Source: Calditrichia bacterium (GTDB taxonomy: Bacteria > Calditrichota > Calditrichia > RBG-13-44-9). Taken from it: a stretch of 11,838 bases of DNA. The notes beneath the pieces are model-generated. The model did no database searches. It had not been told where the DNA came from and worked only from the letters and a program-made list of their open reading frames with translations. The position numbers and the translations under genes were made by a program. Positions 6,716-11,838 of the stretch are shown here, in pieces. The DNA is taken from the NCBI GenBank assembly GCA_037381445.1, contig JARRQT010000236.1:1-11838 (forward strand). The letters are read 5' to 3'. The stretch's first letter is position 1; the number at the start of each line of letters is the position of its first letter.

Positions 6716-7158
6716 CGCGTTGTGCCATCGACCAGGTATATCCTATCCGCAGCATAGTTCCCGTTACTGCTGCGCTCCGGATTTTCAACCACGACGTAAA
6801 CTTTTTCCCGGGGAAGATAACGGTAGTAGGTGCCATAATAATAAAAAAAGGGTAATTCTCCGATGCGAAGGCTTATATATCCGAAGGGGAGGGCCCGGAT
6901 GCGGGCGCCCAGAGGAGCCCTGACGATAGCATACCCATGAGATCCTTTCCGGTAGAACACCCCATGATGAAAATAATAAGGGCGTTTATTCACAACGATT
7001 CTGGTATGATTCTGCGGCAGTTTCACAATGGCTTTGCCGTGCCGTCGTGGCGCCCTTTTAACAACGCGTTTCTGGGCAAATATTTCACTGTTCAGGCTGA
7101 AGATGATCAGCCCGGCAATGATAAACAAAAAAGCGCGATTAGAAAATTTGCGTCCCAT
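6679..7158 (-). CDS. Secreted Tyr-rich repeat protein, DUF6515-like (159 aa as encoded; C-terminus apparently frameshifted)
   Basis: ATG 7158 is preceded by AGAGGAGA; signal peptide MGRKFSNRAFLFIIAGLIIFSLNSEIFA-Q; two repeats LPQNHTRIVVNKRPYYFHHGVFYRKGSHGYAIVRAP and LPFGYISLRIGELPFFYYYGTYYRYLPREKVYVVVENP. The family name rests on recalled repeat resemblance, not an HMM hit. Confidence 0.8.
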   Translation of the reverse strand: MGRKFSNRAFLFIIAGLIIFSLNSEIFAQKRVVKRAPRRHGKAIVKLPQNHTRIVVNKRPYYFHHGVFYRKGSHGYAIVRAPLGARIRALPFGYISLRIGELPFFYYYGTYYRYLPREKVYVVVENPERSSNGNYAADRIYLVDGTTRLKLMEKFRKYL

Positions 7159-7305
7159 GGCTATTTCTCCTCTAATCTTGTTTTTATTATTTTTGAACAT
7201 TCGCTTCATCTCCTTAGACAGTCCTTTGTCCGGAAAACTTGCTTCCCTTTTTTTCGCCGGAAAATTATTTCCTCTTTTCATTCTGCCGGTAATTTATAAA
7301 GAAGC

Positions 7306-7343
7306 TGTAACATGAGTTTGTCGGTTTTGTAATAAAGTGTAAC
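7306..7343. promoter_or_regulatory. Putative transcription-factor site, TGTAACA-N15-TGTAA-N5-TGTAAC (copy 2)
   Basis: TGTAA half-sites at 7306, 7328 and 7338, about 150 bp upstream of the DUF6515-like start. 25 of 38 positions are identical to 3901-3938 with no gaps. Confidence 0.72.
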
Positions 7344-7432
7344 AGAAGGTGTCTGCAGTTTGAGAAATGACTTCAAAATCGGAGGGAATTAACATCATAG
7401 CCGATAAATATGATTAAAGGGAATTCTGTCTC

Positions 7433-7467
7433 GCTTTATCGGCCCGGGCCTGAGGGACCGATAAAGC
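7433..7467 (-). terminator. Strong hairpin just downstream of the RND permease gene
   Basis: GCTTTATCGG (7433-7442) and CCGATAAAGC (7458-7467) form a perfect 10-bp stem, extended by CCC/GGG, 20 nt after the stop. No canonical U-tract follows. Confidence 0.6.
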
Positions 7468-7487
7468 AAGCGTACCGCATATTCATC

Positions 7488-10400
7488 TCATTCCACCTTA
7501 AGATGACCAGGTTTGTTCTTCCGGTAGGTGAGGCGGATGATCATGACATAGAAGAAGGGAATAAAGAAAATGGCCAGCATGGTGGCGGTCAGCATGCCGC
7601 CGAAGACAGTAAATCCGATATTGATTCGTGCATTCGCTCCCGCCCCGGATGCCAGCATCAGAGGCACCACGCCCAGAATGAAAGCAAAAGAGGTCATCAG
7701 AATCGGACGCAGCCGCAGCTTTCCGGCTTCCACTGCCGCCTGTATCAGCGGTGTTCCGCTTTCAAATTTCATTTTACAGTATTCCACAATCAGGATTGCA
7801 TTTTTTGCGGCCAGCCCAATGATGGTGACCATTCCGATCTGCGCGTAGATGCTGGCGGCCAAACTGTCCAGTTCGAGCGCCAGGAAGGCACCGAAGATGC
7901 CGATGGGAATCGCTAACAAAACCGCAAACGGAACCCCCCAGCTTTCGTAAAGGGCGGCCAGAAAAAGGAATACAAAAAAGATTGCCAGCAGGAATACCCT
8001 TGCTTTGGCGCTCCCGGCTTCCTCCTCCTGCAGCGATGTGCCGGTGAACTGGTAATTGTATCCCACCGGCAGCACCCGGCTGGCGGTTTGCTGCAGCGCA
8101 GTAAGCGCGTCACCGGAGCTGTAACCCGGTGCGGCATTGCCGCTGATCTGAACAGAGCGGTACATATTGTAATGGGAGATCACCGGTGAGCTGGTAGTAT
8201 TTTGAACCTGCACCAATGTGTTGAGCGGCACCATCTGCCCATTCCGGTTCCGGACGAAATACTGGGAGAGCTTATCGATGCCGGACCGGAAATTGGAATC
8301 GGCCTTGGCATACACCCGGAATATTCTGTCGAAGAGCGTAAAATCGTTTACATAATACCCGCCCAGGTTGGTCTGGATGGTATTTTCGATGTCGCCAACA
8401 GACACTCCGAGCTTCTGGGCGTAGTCCCGGTTTATGGACAGTGTGTAACTGGGATAATCGTAAATAGCGGTCGAATAGGCGTATTGAATTTCCGGTCGGC
8501 CTCTCAATGCCGCCAGGAAGTTATTCTGAGCGTTCTTCAGTTCTTCAATGGTACCGCTGCTCTGGGTGATGACCATCGAAAAGCCGGAAGTGGTTCCCAA
8601 TCCCGGAATAGGCGGCGGTGCAACGATGATAAAGGTTGCATTTTTTATCCCGGCAGTGGCCATCTGCAACTGCTGCTGAACCGCGTTGAGGCTGGCATCT
8701 TTACTGGTGCGCTCATCCCATGGTTTCAGGCCGATAAAAGCAGTTCCGAAATTGGACAAGCTGGCTCTGTTCAATATGCTGAATCCGGGCACCAGAAAAT
8801 AGCGCTCAACCCATTTGTTGTGCTTGAGGATGGTCCCGAATTCCTGCAACACCGCTTGCGTCCGCTGTGTGGAGGCGTCCGGCGGCAACTGCACAACCGC
8901 CATCAGCATTCCCTGATCTTCATTGGGGAGAAATGAGGTTGGGGTAATCCGCGTCATCAGGACAATTCCCCCATAGATGGCCAGCAGCAGGATGATCATC
9001 AGTGGCGCCTTTTTTATTACCTTCCGGATTATATTGCCATAACCTTCCACCCGCTGGTCGTACCAGGTGTTAAATTTATAAAAAATTTTGTAAAGTCCCC
9101 TGCTGTCCGCATGCACCGGATTAGGCTTCAATAAAAGCGAACAAAGCGCCGGGGTTAAAGTGAGGGCCACGAAGGCGGATAAAAGCACCGAAACGGCGAT
9201 AGTGACCGCGAACTGTTTGTAAAGCATCCCGGTGATGCCGGGCAGGAAGGCAACCGGCACGAACACAGCGGTAAGGATCAATGCGATAACGATAACCGGC
9301 GTACCGACCTCTCCCATGGCTTCCCGGGTAGCCTCCTTCGCGGGCAGGTTTTCTGTGTCCACCTTGTGCTGCGCCGCTTCCACCACAATGATGGCATCAT
9401 CCACCACTATTCCGATAGCCAGCACCATCGCGAAAAGCGTGATAGTGTTGATAGTAAAACCGATAATGGAAAATACCGCGAACGTGCCGATAAGCGCAAC
9501 GGGGATCGCCAGCAGCGGGATAAGGGTGGTTCGCCAGGTTTGCAGAAAAAGGAAAACCACGAAGAGCACCAGCAGCAGTACTTCGCCCAGCGTAAAGAGT
9601 ACTTCTCTTATGGAAGCGCTGACAAACCGGGTGTTGTCCAATACAATCGCCCAGTCCAGGTCTTCCGGAAAACTCTTGGCAAGCTCCTGCATTCTCTGCC
9701 GGACGAGCGTTGCAGTGGTCAGGGCGTTGCTGCCGGGGCTCTGGTAGATCGCCATACCGCTGCCCGGCACCCCATTCAGTAACCGGGTTCCCGAATACGA
9801 AGTAGCCCCAAGCTCTACGCGTGCAATGTCCTTCAGTCTGGTGATTGCGCCGGTTTGCGGATTGCTCAGCACCACAATATTGCCAAACTCCTCAGCCGAA
9901 ACAAGCCTTCCCTTCACATTGACGTTCATTTCAAATGTCTGGCCCTTTGGAGCCGGAGATGCCCCTACCGAGCCGCCGGGAGTCAGGTTGTTCTGCAGGT
10001 TGATGGCATTGATGATATCGCTGCTGGTGAGGTGCAGGTTCGCCATTTTTTGCGGATCGAGCCAGACCCGCATGGCGAAGGTGTTGCCGAAAGTGAATAC
10101 TTCTCCAACTCCGGGCACCCTCGCCAGCTCATTTTCGATGTAAAGGCTGGCATAATTGTCCATGAAATTGATATCGTGCGTTCCTTTCGGGGAATAGAGG
10201 CCGATGACCTGCAGCATGCTGGTTGTTCTTTTTCTTACCGAAAGCCCGGTACGGATCAGCTCGGTGGGGAGGTGGGGAGTGGCCAGCGACACCCGGTTCT
10301 GCACATCCATGGCCGCCACATCGATGTCGGTACCCAAATTGAACGTCACCGTTAGCCCAAAACTGCCGTCATTGGCGCTGGTGGATTCCATATACATCAT

Positions 10401-10625
10401 TCCGGGTGTGCCGTTCACCTGATTCTCCACCGGCGTGGCGACGGCATTTTCGACAGTTGTGGCGTTAGCGCCCGGATAGACCCCGCCAACGCTGACCACC
10501 GGCGGGGTAACGTCCGGCAATTGCGCGATGGGCAGTACCAGGATGGAAATGATTCCAACCGAAATGATGAATAACGATATCACTATCGCTGTTACCGGGC
10601 GCTCAATAAAAATTCTGGAAAACAT
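7488..10625 (-). CDS. RND multidrug efflux permease, AcrB/AcrD/AcrF (HAE1) family, 1045 aa
   Basis: MFSRIFIERPV start; LPIAQLPDVTPP; AMRVWLDP; proton-relay motifs GIVVDDAIIVVE, GLAAKNAILIVE and RLRPILMTS; ALTLTPALC; typical family length. Confidence 0.98.
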   Translation of the reverse strand: MFSRIFIERPVTAIVISLFIISVGIISILVLPIAQLPDVTPPVVSVGGVYPGANATTVENAVATPVENQVNGTPGMMYMESTSANDGSFGLTVTFNLGTDIDVAAMDVQNRVSLATPHLPTELIRTGLSVRKRTTSMLQVIGLYSPKGTHDINFMDNYASLYIENELARVPGVGEVFTFGNTFAMRVWLDPQKMANLHLTSSDIINAINLQNNLTPGGSVGASPAPKGQTFEMNVNVKGRLVSAEEFGNIVVLSNPQTGAITRLKDIARVELGATSYSGTRLLNGVPGSGMAIYQSPGSNALTTATLVRQRMQELAKSFPEDLDWAIVLDNTRFVSASIREVLFTLGEVLLLVLFVVFLFLQTWRTTLIPLLAIPVALIGTFAVFSIIGFTINTITLFAMVLAIGIVVDDAIIVVEAAQHKVDTENLPAKEATREAMGEVGTPVIVIALILTAVFVPVAFLPGITGMLYKQFAVTIAVSVLLSAFVALTLTPALCSLLLKPNPVHADSRGLYKIFYKFNTWYDQRVEGYGNIIRKVIKKAPLMIILLLAIYGGIVLMTRITPTSFLPNEDQGMLMAVVQLPPDASTQRTQAVLQEFGTILKHNKWVERYFLVPGFSILNRASLSNFGTAFIGLKPWDERTSKDASLNAVQQQLQMATAGIKNATFIIVAPPPIPGLGTTSGFSMVITQSSGTIEELKNAQNNFLAALRGRPEIQYAYSTAIYDYPSYTLSINRDYAQKLGVSVGDIENTIQTNLGGYYVNDFTLFDRIFRVYAKADSNFRSGIDKLSQYFVRNRNGQMVPLNTLVQVQNTTSSPVISHYNMYRSVQISGNAAPGYSSGDALTALQQTASRVLPVGYNYQFTGTSLQEEEAGSAKARVFLLAIFFVFLFLAALYESWGVPFAVLLAIPIGIFGAFLALELDSLAASIYAQIGMVTIIGLAAKNAILIVEYCKMKFESGTPLIQAAVEAGKLRLRPILMTSFAFILGVVPLMLASGAGANARINIGFTVFGGMLTATMLAIFFIPFFYVMIIRLTYRKNKPGHLKVE

Positions 10626-10626
10626 A

Positions 10627-11808
10627 TTATCTTTTCCCGCTTGTTTTGGATTGCCGGATTGTGTCCGCCGGGGCTTCCGGGCCGGAATAGGGTGTTGTTT
10701 TTACGTGCTGCTGCGGCCGCACTTTTTCGATTCCCTCAACAATAACTTTCTGTCCCGCCTTTAGCCCGCCGGTGACAATCTGCTTGCCGCTGGCGGATTG
10801 CCCAAGTTCGATCTTCTGATCCTGCACCACGCCGCTGTCGTTCACCACATAAACGTGATACTCGTTCAGTACCTGCTGGACGGCCTGCTCCGGAATAACC
10901 AGGTACTCCTTGCCGGTGTTCTCCTCGCTCTTGACCACGCAATTCATCCCCGACTTCAGAATTTCATTGGGGTTCGGGTAGATCAGACGGACCATGATGG
11001 TGCCGGTGGTGGGATCCACCGTGCTGTCGACGAAATCCAGCTTACCGTTGTGTGAATACATCGAGCCGTCCGGCAGAACAAGCTTGAACTCCGGCAGCGC
11101 CGGATCGCTGCCGTCCTTCCCGGCAAGCATGGATACATATTGGCTCTCCGGAACATGAAAATCGGCTCTCATGCTGCTGTTGTCGGCAATAGTGACCAGC
11201 ACAGTCACGTTGGGGATCACAAGGTCGCCCAGCCGTGCCGTGGAGACATTGGTGGAACCGCTGAACGGAGCCACAACTGTGGCGCGCTCCAGGTTGATTT
11301 TGGCCTGTTCCACCGCCGCTTCGGCCGAGTTTACGTCTGCTTCGTAGACTTTGACCTGTGCCTTGGCGTGAGCCACCTGAATTTCGTCTACCGCATTGTG
11401 CTCCAGCAGGTTTTGATAGCGCTGTGCGTCGGTCTGGGCGGTAGCAAGGTTGGTCTGAGCGGCGTTTAATTGTGCCATCGCTTGATTATAGGCAGCCTGG
11501 TAAACACTTTTGTCGATGTCATAAAGCGGCTGTCCTTTGCTGACGTGGCTTCCCTCCTTGAACAGAATATCCTCCACCCGGCCACCCACTTCGGAGAGCA
11601 GATTCGTCTGTTTGTTGGACACCAGCGTGGCCGGGTATTGCTGCACCAGCGTCACAGTGGAATAACCGGCAGTTGTCACGCTCACGGTCTGTTCCATTCC
11701 TCCGTAGCCCTGCTGTTTATTTTTCTTGCTGCCGCAGGATGAAAATGCCAGCGACAGCATCAAAGCGGCAAACAGAAACACCGCATATTTTCCATGACGT
11801 TTTCTCAT
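10627..11808 (-). CDS. RND efflux periplasmic adaptor, AcrA/MexA-like lipoprotein, 393 aa
   Basis: Signal peptide with lipobox LAFSS-C; EVGGRVEDILFKEGSHVSKGQPLYDID; VVAPFSG; VDPTTGTI; GLKAGQKVIVEGI. Its stop lies 1 nt from the permease start, suggesting translational coupling. Confidence 0.97.
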   Translation of the reverse strand: MRKRHGKYAVFLFAALMLSLAFSSCGSKKNKQQGYGGMEQTVSVTTAGYSTVTLVQQYPATLVSNKQTNLLSEVGGRVEDILFKEGSHVSKGQPLYDIDKSVYQAAYNQAMAQLNAAQTNLATAQTDAQRYQNLLEHNAVDEIQVAHAKAQVKVYEADVNSAEAAVEQAKINLERATVVAPFSGSTNVSTARLGDLVIPNVTVLVTIADNSSMRADFHVPESQYVSMLAGKDGSDPALPEFKLVLPDGSMYSHNGKLDFVDSTVDPTTGTIMVRLIYPNPNEILKSGMNCVVKSEENTGKEYLVIPEQAVQQVLNEYHVYVVNDSGVVQDQKIELGQSASGKQIVTGGLKAGQKVIVEGIEKVRPQQHVKTTPYSGPEAPADTIRQSKTSGKR

Positions 11809-11838
11809 ATCAAACCTTTTCTGAAATGGACCTGATTG

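Noticed and set aside
7159..7281. 41-aa N-terminal extension of the DUF6515-like ORF
   Set aside because: ATG 7158 has a strong AGAGGAGA RBS and directly precedes the signal peptide.
7410..11742. Plus-strand ORFs opposite the RND genes (e.g. 7410-7916, 8202-8936, 9232-9747, 9855-10355)
   Set aside because: Antisense shadows of conserved AcrA/AcrB-family coding sequence.

Overview
Chromosomal window from a diderm (Gram-negative-type) bacterium, dominated by envelope and efflux genes. The minus strand carries (i) an AcrAB-like RND pair (lipoprotein adaptor 10627-11808, permease 7488-10625), (ii) a secreted Tyr-rich repeat protein (DUF6515-like, start 7158) whose C-terminal domain appears broken by a frameshifting deletion near 6716-6720, and (iii) an operon of a doubled Spy/CpxP-like LTxxQ protein, a TolC-family protein, a MacA-like adaptor and a MacB/LolD-type ABC ATPase that runs off the left edge and is absent from the ORF track. 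A plus-strand PAS-PAS-PAS-PP2C (SpoIIE/RsbU-type) phosphatase lies between the operon and the repeat-protein gene. The main non-coding signal is a three-part motif, TGTAACA-N15-TGTAA-N5-TGTAAC, present with identical spacing upstream of both the Spy/TolC/Mac operon (3901-3938) and the DUF6515-like gene (7306-7343), suggesting a shared CpxR/OmpR-type envelope-stress regulon. Also notable are an inverted heptamer-repeat element (367-476) inside the operon and a long purine-rich, hairpin-containing spacer (3811-4439). No rRNA, tRNA, CRISPR array or transposase was recognised. All family assignments come from reading motifs by eye, not from database searches.
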